Of a DNA stretch of 37,161 bases, positions 19,583 through 30,623 are shown piece after piece; within the stretch, counting starts at the first letter, position 1; each line of letters begins with the position of its first letter. A model generated the notes under the pieces. That model did not search any database. It was given only the letters and a program-made list of their open reading frames with translations, and was not told where the DNA came from. The translations under genes were made by a program, and so were the position numbers. Source of the DNA: Hydrurus foetidus (lineage: Eukaryota). The stretch lies in contig UYFQ01000013.1 of NCBI GenBank assembly GCA_900617105.1, positions 62,001 to 99,161 of the forward strand, given 5' to 3'.

Positions 19583-22500
19583 ATGATACGCCCATCTCAC
19601 AAAGCTAATCGGACAAATAATCCCATTAGGAACATTGTCGATAACTTGAAGCCACCTGTAGATCACCCGAAGCTGTTCCTAAATCTTGCACTTGGAGATC
19701 CAACCCTTTTCGGCAATCTCAAGTGCCCAGACGTCGTACAAAAGGCGCTACAGGAATGCCTCATGTGAGTATTTTAGATTGCGGAACATACCGTTGTGTT
19801 TGTGATTGACCTCACAGAGCATTTTGTAGTTCCGAGGCATGACACGAATGTATGTCCACTGACTATGATCCGAGCACATGACTCATCTAATTGTAATTTC
19901 GGTCGAACTTCAACTTGAGTCAAATCGGGTCAAGGCGACCTTAACCTCCATCCACAACTTGAAATTAATCCTCTTTCTTCGCAACTTACAGATCGAACAA
20001 GTTTGATGGCTACTGTCCATCTTTCGGCTCTGTTGCCGCCCGGAATGCGGTAGCTACAAGAGTTTCAGATGCAGCGAATGCGGCAATAGCGAGATATCAA
20101 AATGCTCAGGAGACTGTGAAACCTGTGGGCCTTCTAATGTTTCGAGAGAGAAGTTGGGAATCTAATCTAACTGACTCCTTTTCCTCCGAGAACAAAAAAT
20201 GTGATGACAATTCGCATTTGAATGATTATTTCATGGATATGCGAGGCGGCACCGATTCTGCTCCTGAAGAGAAAACCACGTTCGAGAAAGCGAGTCCGGA
20301 GTTGAACTCAGACTTGTTGCCTATGAATGAAACTGTCTTCTTGCATACAGACAGCATCGAAGCCTCCAATTTGAATCGGTTCGCAAAAACTATAAAAGGA
20401 CAGAAGAACAAAGTATCAGAACATAGGAACATAAATTCCATGCCTTCGTCCGTACAGCTGACCTGCGAAGATGTGATCATCACATCTGGCTGCTCTAGCG
20501 CGATAGAGTTGGCAATAAGCGTATTATTAAATGAGGGAGATAACTTGCTTGTTCCGCGGTGAGTCTGAAGTATAAACGGCTAAATTGAAATAAATTGTGA
20601 GAAATTCATCTCCTGTACCAACAAATAATGAATGATAATTATTTCCGTTCTTTTGGATTACAGACCAGGATTCCCATTGTACCAGGTGATCGCTGAGTCT
20701 TTAGGCGGACATGTAAAGCAATACCCACTCAAGGCAAGTGAAGTCTTTGTATTGATTATTTCTCTCTTCTCAGAATATGTCATTTTGATTATGTGCCCTG
20801 AGTAATTATCGAGAAATTCAACATAATTCAAGGACATCACTCACACAAAGCACATTTCTTCACAACCTCCACTATTCTAATAGTACTCCTCTATCAACGT
20901 ACTCTTTCTTCGCTCGATCTAGCCTGACAGTGACTGGGAGTGCGACACCCAGGCGATGGAGGTGCTGATCGACAGCAGCACGAAAGCTATTCTCATCACT
21001 AACCCATCGAATCCGTGCGGCTCCAACTACTCAGCAGAGCATTTATTGAGGTGTTTACTTTCCATTTAATGTTACGAAGTATAATTCCATTTTCGGAGGG
21101 TTTTTATTTTATTTTATTTATCTCTGTTTGTATAATCTCTATTTATCTCTGATGTCAATTCAATGCATTTAACATTTTTTTGCGTTGTATGGATTCCTTG
21201 ATCATACATTGTTGTGAACGATAAAATCTTCAATCTCATGAAGTGACGAGTCTAATAATTAGGTCTCATCATTCATTCCCTCTGCTCCAATTTGCATTGG
21301 AAATGTCTTAATTTTCCCTTTTTAATTTCTTTATCCAGCATCATAGCAGTGGCGAGAAAGTTTTCCTTGCCCATCATTGCCGATGAAATATACGGGGGAT
21401 GCATATTCGCAGAAAACGTACGTTACACCCCTGATATCATTATCACTTATCACAGAAGCATCATCACTTTTGAGAATCTCGTTTACTGCATCTAGGCTTT
21501 TCTACTTCATTCCGTCATTTCATACATAGTTACAATCTCATTTATTCTATTCAGTTTTGTTCTGTTCTTTTTACCTGACCTGCAATTACGTGCACATTAC
21601 ACCCACAGCGCTATGTATTCCACTTATCAGAAACATTCTCTGATCCCACTAATTCGCTAATTCAATAATTTACAACAATTGCAGAATCACTTCATTCACC
21701 TTTGCAGTCTGTGCGACGATGTTCCCATTCTAAGCCTGGGAGGTAAAAGATGTATTGGACATCGATGTGTGCGGCTGTAAACATTATTCCATTGCTTATA
21801 ATCTTACTTTATTTCAGAGAATTAAGATTATTTTCTTTCATCTACGTATGTATGTCAAAGCATGCATGTATGTATGCATGCGTATGTGTGTATGTACTTC
21901 TATATATGTATGTATCTATGTAAGTACGTACATTCATATCATTTAATACCCCACTTTATCTGTGTTTGAGGTTGCTCCAACTAAAACAACAGTACTGATT
22001 ATCGTTTGGCTTTAATACGCCTGTTCTAAGATTGAAGCACACGAATTACCTCGCTGTATTTTTCTGTTCAATACAATCATTCGATGTCATCTAATGAGTG
22101 CCCTCTATGCATACATCTCGTCTTTTCTATTCTGTACCATTTATAGGTCTTGCGAAGGAATTTGTTGTTCCTGGATGGAGAGTTGGATGGCTTACCATAC
22201 ACGATGCGTACGTGAACATGAGCGCTAGTATGAGATACCCGTCATCGAATCACACGGGAAGTAGACCGATGGAGAGTAGGAGCAACATCGGACAGTATCT
22301 GGATGCGCAAGACAACTCAAACAATTGCTTTTTTGAAAGCAATAACTCACAGACCATTTACAACAATGCTACTGCGGAGCAAAGTAACGATACTGCAAAT
22401 GAATTTAACAGCAATGGATGCAAATTCAATTACTTGGGTAAAAGAGGAACAAACAATTACAATATCATAAATGGTAAAAATTCATACTCCAATTACAGAA

Positions 22501-23723
22501 ATACTGATACAAACATTCACAATGAAAATTTCGCTAAGAATGGACAGGATTTTGCTAGCGCAACATGGCCAAGAACAAAAAATCCGTGTACCTTGAATGG
22601 ACTGGGAATGAGTAGCGGAAATGAATCTGACAATAAAATCAATTTACAAGAGTATCATATGAATGGCACTGTTGACATTGATGAGTTACTGATAAATTAC
22701 ATCAATCAAAACGAAGGTGTAGCGTATTCGCCTGACAGAATGAGCAATAGAGTATCTCCCGCTGATTGCAGTAATATCACAGAGGATCGAAGTGATGTTG
22801 ACAAATCGAAAATCAGCCAAGTAGGGACTAATAATCGACAATCTGTCCCTAACCCTAAAGTTGGTCGTTTCACAGATGTTCGAAAAGGCTTGAGAAGTTT
22901 GACGCAACTTACACTAGGTAGGTCAGTCAGAAGAATGATCACATAATTACGAGTATTTGAGTTCTCATATAGAATCATGTGTCATCTTTTCTTCTGTAGC
23001 CGAAGAACTAGAATTGTTTTTTGTCATTTCATGTTATGTTATGTTATGTTATGTTATGTTATGTTATGTTATGTTATGTTTCTTGTCTTCATTAGTTTTT
23101 GGTCGTTTGCTGTATCACACTCTTTCCTATTTCTTTTTCTTCTTCATCTTCTACCTATCCCATTTTTTTCCCTTTCATCGTGAATGAGCTCGTATGTCAT
23201 TTTTACGCCAAATCCCTGGTCATAGCTAATTGCAAGGAATAACTGACTGTACAGATTATAGCACTCATTATTTTACCTTTCTACACCGTACTCCACTTTA
23301 CCTCCATCAGGTGCTTCCTCTCTTCTCCAATCTGTGCTACCTCGAGTTCTCACCCCCATACCCGGATCGGACGACTCTGCTTCACTCCAACAATTTCATG
23401 AAAACTACATGGAAACGCTACGCAAAAACACTGAATTCTGTCTAGTTTCCCTTCAGAATATACCAGAACTGAGCATGAATGCGCCAAAAGGTGCGATGTA
23501 TATCATGCTTAAAATTCGAATGAATCTTCTATTCGATATTGGGGATGACAAGGAATTTGCGGAAAAATTGCTTTTGGAAGAAAATGTAAGCGTTTTGCCT
23601 GGCGCTTGTTTTAACATGGGGGGATATATCCGACTCGTTACTTGCGCCCCAAGTGCGATCTTTCAGGATGGATTAGAAAGATTAAAACTTTTTTGTTCGA
23701 GGCATAATATTGCCGGTCAATAA
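19583..23723 (+). CDS. TAT: Tyrosine aminotransferase (PLP-dependent class I, TAT/nicotianamine aminotransferase family); 8 exons, 755 aa with two large insertions
   Basis: Exons 19583-19764, 19992-20558, 20664-20733, 20923-21050, 21339-21417, 21685-21742, 22147-22917, 23311-23723 (2268 nt). Family motifs: NPIRNIVD, LGDPTLFGN, DVIITSGCSSA, VPRPGFPLY, NPSNPCGS, IIADEIY, GGLAKEFVVPGWRVGW (PLP Lys codon 22155-22157), PKGAMYIM, EENVSVLPG. Confidence 0.93.
23028..23080. repeat. (ATGTT)n microsatellite, ~10 copies, TAT intron 7
   Basis: Tandem atgtt. Confidence 0.92.
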
Positions 23724-24416
23724 CTCCAGACAGCCTGGTTATTGCAAAGTATTTTTCATAATTAATAATTTGTTGCGTAAATTTCTACACCATATCACTT
23801 TGAGCGAATCTTATCTTATTAATTTGTACATCTATTTCCCATCGTAATCATCTTCTGTACATATTACTACTGTAGTGCTATCGTAAATACAGTGATATTA
23901 AAGATCACCATTAATCGGAGAAAAACTTTTCTGTAAGACGCCGCGCGATATGACGAATGAAATATCTCTTAGAGGGCATTCTCAATAATCTATCCATTAC
24001 TCACCATCTTCGATGCAAAAAAATATTGCAATTACATTATGATTGCAAAGTACCAGCCCGACTTGCCATATTACCCTTATCCTATCAATTAGAGTTTGAT
24101 TCTTAATTAATCTAAATATTTCGGTATCTTTTCTATTCCCGAAATCTGATGGCAAAACAGAAAAATCGATGCAGTTAATACGATTTTGCTGCACTGCCTC
24201 GAAACTCGAAAACGTCACAGTGGCGGAGATGGACAGCTTTTAGCTTTAGGCCAGTGGTTTGCAAACTATGCCATCACATTGATCGCATACTGTTCATCTG
24301 CATGAGATAGTCCTTCGAATCAATCTGTCCCACCGAAACTTTGCGTCACACCGGGGCAATTTCGAGGAGGCATCTAAGATTTTCAATTCGTCGAACTTTG
24401 CAGTACTTCACGTCTA

Positions 24417-26528
24417 ATGAGATTCAGCTGGAGATTAAGAGGGACTTTTCACTCTAATCGGAGGAGCCCCAAGCCCGACTCTTCAGAATCCACGACTCGA
24501 CAAAGGCAGAAGAGACGCTACGGACAACTTAGATATTCAAGTAGCCCAGACGAAAACGTTCTTTCGTGGGACGATTTCGTTCCCGATGAAAACTGCTTTG
24601 AACACTTGTCTTCCGAAGCTAAGTTGCTGTGGACAATGCACGGAGGTGACAGAGGAGAGGCAAAATCATTCTGGATCAGCAGATCAGCGACACCAAAGTG
24701 CTTTCTCGAGCTATTTGCGCAAAGAGTTGCTTCCTTTCATTGCTCTCGAGCTGGAGGTCAGTCTGTTTGAACTTAAATCAACTGTATTAAACCAAACACG
24801 AAAATAATGAGAAATATTTCTGTCACCTTAGGCGATGGGATGTTCATGGGTGCCGAGTATTGGGTGCAGCAAAGAGTTGCATCTTGTCCACGGGAGAGTC
24901 CACCACAATGTGAAACGTCTCAAAATACCAAATTGTCATCCGTATCTAAAGCAGCTTCAGATACAATCAATAATTATGGTCCCAGGAATAATCTAGAATC
25001 AGAATGTTCTGAGAAAGAAGTCCATGGTCTAGAATTTCATTTCGACAAAGATGAACAAGCAGCAGAAGATGACGTGTGGTTACATCCGAAATATTCAACT
25101 GCAACTTATTTAGATGCTAGGATAGAAGGGTTTCCCCCTGGGGGCGCACCTTTGATAGTGTTCCGCACAAATTCTGAAGAGGAAGAGGAAGAAGAAGGAG
25201 AGGGGGGAGAGGAAGGAGAAGGATTTGAGGAGGAGAATGAGGGAGAAGAAGATGATGATGATGATGATGATGATGATGCTCCCGACCTCATAGATTTAAA
25301 AACATCCCCACATCCTAAAGAATCTATTGGAAGGTTTTCAGAGAATTCTCAGATTGAGGAGGAAGATGCTCTGGAATCTGACCCAAGAACCCCTCGATCC
25401 GCTTGGGTGGTGTTTCCCAAAGTGAACAGACATGTATCTTTTCCTGGTGGATTTTTACACGGTGTTGCGGGGGAGTTACTGCAACCCTCTTTGCTACTTT
25501 CAGCGAATAAATTAGAAAACAGTGAAAAGAGCATGAAAGTAAGCAAGCATGAGATTTCTACGGAATTTAACAATGATTATAACTATAGTCGGCTCTCTCT
25601 TCTGGTAAATATATGGGTAGATCATCATCCCAAGAAAGTTGTTAGGATAAATCATTCCGAATTCTCCTCCCAGTTGAACAATCGAAAATTTGCTGAGGAG
25701 AAGACAGGAGGAGAAATGAAAATGAAAACTGAGACGGAAAAAAACAAAAAGACTTCAGGTCACAGAAACGATTTCAAATTTGACAGATATGTCAAAAACT
25801 TGAAAAAGTCTGATGAGGAACCTTTTTTATCTTATAATCTAAGTAGCAAAACAGATTCATCAAGTGGAGAATCTACAGGTCCAAGTTCTCTCAAGAAGAG
25901 AATGAAATTGAGAGATATTAATAATACTGCACGGAATAATTTCGAGGAAATTTATGATGATGGAATTTTGTTTGCTGCAGGCAACGGTATGGACAAATTA
26001 AATACAATTGAACACTGGGTAGAAGTAAGAGGTAGTGATAAAACAACAGGTCATAAAGAACAAGAGAAAGAAAAAAGTACTGAATTAGCATGTGTTATGA
26101 AAGGCATCAAAAATGAGAATGATATCGGTAGTTTTGATAACAAAGATGAGAAAATAAAAGTGAAAGAAAACGTAAATAAAAATGTAACTAACAATATTAA
26201 TGCTGATATAAAAAAAAGAAAAATGGAGAATGAAGAAGATGCAAGTAATGAAGATAAGACTAATAATGATGACTCTAGTACTAAGCACTGTAAGTACTAC
26301 CTAAGAGAGCATCGTAGCGGTGATACAGGACCAATACCACTGGACATAATAAAGGAACAATTTAGAAGAAATAATCGGCACCGTTCAGCTGTCACATCTA
26401 ATGATATGAGAACAATCAAAAAAGACGTGAAAGAATTGGATTTAATTTCAGAAGTTCAATGCATTGAAACCAAGGAAAAACTAATCCACATTAAATATTC
26501 TTATGAGCAATTCCTGCCGTTTATTTGA
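24417..26528 (+). CDS. Uncharacterised 678-aa protein with a 2OG-Fe(II) oxygenase-like HxD...H...R signature; 2 exons
   Basis: Exons 24417-24756 and 24832-26528, joined by a 75-nt phase-1 GTCAGT...TTAG intron (2037 nt). Motifs: GAEYWVQ, EFHFDKDE, HPKYSTATYL, GGAP, FLHGV, RLSLLVNIW. The start codon choice is uncertain. Confidence 0.75.
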
Positions 26529-26780
26529 TACTCTTATAATAATAAAAATGGATTTCCCCTCGTTCTTGACTTGAACAGCATCGCTTTAGTTGAGCAATTG
26601 GATCGTAAAAAAGTGAAGAAGTGGCTTCCGTTGTTGAACGATTCAGTTGAGGAAGATTAGTTACTGGACTCAGTCAAGCAAATGAAATCAGTGCAGCTGA
26701 ATCAAATTTATAACGTAAGAAATATCACATCGATCTTTTGACTTAGACACCCGTCATCATAACCGTCTGACAGTAACTCC

Positions 26781-27125
26781 CTAATCTCTCCCTCTTCCTT
26801 CATCCCTGTCTCTCCCTCTACTTTCGTCTCTCCCTCTTCCCTCATCTCTCCCTTCATCCCTGTCTCTCCCTCTACTTTCATCTCTCCCTCTTCCCTCATC
26901 TCTACCCCTCCCTTCATCTCTCCCTCTTCCTCATCCCTGTCTCTCTCTCTCCTCCCTCCCTCATCTCTTCTTTCATCTGTCTCTTTCCCTCTCCCTCTAC
27001 TCCTCATCTCCTTCCATCCCTTCTTCCTCTATCTCTCCCTCCTCCATCCCTGTCTTTTGTCCCATCCTTTCCTTTTCTTCCTTCTCCTTTTCTCCTTTTT
27101 CACTCTTCTCTTTTTTGTCTTTTTT
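26781..27125. repeat. Polypyrimidine/polypurine low-complexity tract with imperfect GRGRDE-encoding repeats on the minus strand
   Basis: Repeated ggaagagggagagatgaa-like units on the minus strand. Confidence 0.8.
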
Positions 27126-29381
27126 ATGTTTATCACTGTCTTTACCTACTCTCTTCTGATCACTACCGTTCGTCCCTAATTCAATCCCTCCTCCAAGTCC
27201 AGGTACACTACCATCAGACATCCAGGAAGGCAACGTACTACCTCTTCCTCTCCCGATAGAAATATTGCCTCTAGGCTGATCCGATAAATTATTACCGTAA
27301 TTTCTGTTAGAACTAGCATTCTGCATTCCATTATTATGGCCACCATTGGAACCGGCCCTTTCTTGGAATTTGTTGGTTTTGGGTCTGTCATCTTCATCTT
27401 CAATTAGAGAATATCCTTTTCCTCTAAAAATAAAAAGTAAAGTATATGAAAATTTTAAATTAGATGTAATGATAATGTACTTTGGAAGGTGGTTTTTTCG
27501 TAGATTTATCATGTAAAATTTTAACGTGTAGTGACGTACGAGGTGTTGAAGCATTCCGATGCAATGTGTCCTTTCCCACCGCACTTTTTGCATACAGTGT
27601 TGTACACAGCTCCTAGCTGGAGAGGCTCGGAGGCTGTGTGGGGGATGTACGTGTGTGTGAGTGAGTGTGTGAGTGTGTGTGTGTGTGTGTGTGTGGAGAG
27701 GAAGAGAGAGAGAGAGGGAGAAAGATGCAATAGTGTCGCTACAGAGTGAGAAGAGAGGACAACTTAAGTCTGATGGAAAATAATTACGTGCATAAAAAAG
27801 ATTAATAAAATAGAACAAGCGTATGATAAAACAATGCAGATCAGTACGATAAAAAGAAGTCGTAAATGATGTTGTCAAACAGAGACAAAACAAAAAAATA
27901 AGTAACAAAACAGTCATAATAATAAAAATTAAAAAAATAATTGTATAGGTGTTACACACTATAATTATATCATTTTTGACTTTGAAAATTTCTGTCACCA
28001 TACATGATGATTTAGGTTTTCTTTTTTTTTCATCAGCTTCCGCTTCATATCCATTGGGGTCTCTGTCGGCTCCGTCTGATTGATTGCAGTGTTTCATGGA
28101 GAGGGAAATACGGCACTTTGCACTTCCTGACTCTTCTTCTATCTTCATTACCTGGTGCGTATGTTATTTCTCGTTGGAATTATTTCATTTAGTCTAATTA
28201 CTTGGTGTAATTTATTTGTGCGTTCAGTTATTTTATAATTTCAATATTTACTTCGATATGTTCATGTATTACTTGTAGAAATTATTCTCAAGTATTGTAT
28301 TAGGCATAACAAAAGACAGCACTGTCAATCATGGTCAGTGTAAGAAGAGGAAAAATGGGGAATTTTTCCACTTGCACAGAATAAGTGTAGAGAGTGTTTT
28401 ATTTTTTATTTCGTCCTGCAACCATACTCTAGAACGATCAGCACAGCCAAATGATAAAAGGAATAAATAAAAATAGCACAGGACTTTCCTGCAGAACAAA
28501 ACAGAACAAAACACGAAATTATATTTAATTCAATACTGTAGGTAGGTCAGAGAATTCAAAAAAATGTATTTCTCAAATTTAAGACATGAAAAGTAAAAAG
28601 TGAAATTCTGATGTAAATCGTTCTTCGTCACCTTGACGAAAATTTCATCCCCGACAGACACAATGTCATTAACATTCTCCACTCTATCCTTAGCAAGCTG
28701 GCTTATATGCACCTAAATTTTTATTAGTTGGCATCTCACATTACTTACTGGCATCGATTCAGTCATCATGCTAATATCTTTCATCATATAATCAGAATGA
28801 ATAGTAATGAGCTCTTGCAAACGCACCAGGCCCTGATGTCTTGATCCATTCATTTCAACAAAAGCCCCAAAACTTTCAATTTTGACGATAGAACCTGGGA
28901 TAATGTTTACTTCTGAGACAAACCAAATGTCAGAATGAAAAGCTTCTTCAAGTTCAGCAAATCGAGTCTTTCTTCTATAAAACAAATTTCAGACATTTAA
29001 CAGGAGCACAGTGGGAGTATCCTGCCATGAACCTTTGTAGATAGATCCTTCCGTGAAGAGTTCTGTCGCGCTTGCCGACGACCTTTGCCTGTTACTATTG
29101 CTATCATCGAAACCATCTGATGCCCTAGTTCTATCTGATGCTGTATTCGACTTCCTGAAATCTAATCTTTCGTTTCCTTGACTCAAGCGGCTGTTGTCAG
29201 CTCTCTCATCATTACCAGACCACCTCGTCGGCTTACTAGGCTCACGAGAACGATCGTTATCTTCGTCGCGGCTTCTACTTCTTTCGCGTCGTTTGTCAGA
29301 TCGATTTGCTTCAATTTTTATGCTTCTCCCCACACTCTCGCTTCTACTCTTGCTGGTACTGCGTCGGTACCTTCGTTGCAT
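26997..29381 (-). CDS. ZCCHC17: S1 RNA-binding domain plus CCHC zinc knuckle protein, ZCCHC17/pNO40-like; 6 exons (true stop may be 26781-26783)
   Basis: Exons 29381-29033, 28894-28827, 28712-28632, 28151-28004, 27633-27540, 27423-26997. RS-rich N-terminus; S1 domain [20 protein letters not shown]...QGLVHISQL...VGDEIFVKV...ISLSMK; knuckle [14 protein letters not shown]; Lys/Glu-rich tail. Confidence 0.82.
27651..27720. repeat. (GT)n/(GA)n compound microsatellite near an acceptor site in the S1/CCHC gene
   Basis: gtgt and gaga runs seen directly. Confidence 0.85.
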
Positions 29382-30623
29382 TCTGAAGCGTTTTCTGCAT
29401 TAGATTGCTAGCTGGCTCAGTTTAATGAATGATGTGTCACTGCCAAATTATATGCATTTCGCACAAATTCGATGCATTTCTTTAAAATCGATGCAACTTC
29501 AGACAAATTTGATACATTTCATTAAGTTAGGTGAATGCATGTCAGACAGTGTGATGCTGCTATTGCTTGTTTGCCGTGAATTTCAGCTATTTGATTGCGT
29601 CATTATATAATTCCCTCTTGTTCACTTTAGAAAGAATACTGAACCCTTCTAGTTTAAAGTGTTCTTACAGGTGACACGGCTAATTTATACGGAGAATTCA
29701 CAGTTCGTACGTTTTTCGCATGAAGGCGAAAGGTGAGGGGTAAATTCGTACTTTCACTAAACATTCGCAAACGATTTTCCTTCGAATGCTTATCGTCCCA
29801 AATCATTTGCAAATGATTTTCCTTTCGAGGGGTAAATTCTTCGAAGCATTTTCGAAGGAATTTCGTCCTGGACCGCCAATCATCTGAAGGCTTCCTTCGA
29901 ATGATTTCGATTCCGGAGATTTAAGATTGAGCGACTGAATCGAATGTCGAACTGCACTTGGATAATGAGCAGTATAGATTTAGATATGTGACAGTATCAC
30001 GTTGGTATGCAGTAAAATCAGTAGAATTTTATGTGTTGCTTAATTTTGCAGCATAAAAGTCATTATCCTTCGCACTAGTTGAACAAAAGAATTTTCATTC
30101 GTTCCAAGGAAAATCATTCGCAGTTAATACTGAGTGATCGTTAATAAATGTTCGAGCATTCGCAGCAATTTCCGACAGAACATTTGCAAAGGAAAAATCA
30201 TTCGAAGGTTACAAACAGATTTTCCTTCATAAACAGAGTGTTCCTTCATGAAGTAAATAAGCCGGATAAAAAAACCGTCACCTTCCATTCGTTCTACCTG
30301 TGGAGAATTCCTATCCCGCAAAATTATACCGTAAGATAATTTTCGAATCCGTGCGTGATATCGCTCTTGAGTTTTCACTGAATTCGTTTTGAAGTCTCAC
30401 ACAGCATTGAAAGTTTATCTCTGTTTGCATAACAAATTTCAAATTGGATAAATTTTTGTTTTGAAAACTGCCCCAAAATGGACTCAAGCGATGTGTTTAA
30501 AATGATTTTAATATGATTTACAGCTGTTTGCATGACATGAAATACTTAACAAAAAAGATACGATTTGCTATGCATGTTGCAAAACCAATCAGGAATCGTT
30601 CTAAGTTGTACTACAGTTTTTTA

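Noticed and set aside
20060..22875. TAT insertions as inteins
   Set aside because: No N-terminal Cys/Ser block, no terminal His-Asn followed by C/S/T, no endonuclease motifs; low-complexity composition.
26931..26999. In-frame TGA/TAG codons as selenocysteine or stop reassignment
   Set aside because: All three stop codons terminate genes normally in this window, and indels in homopolymers explain the pattern better.
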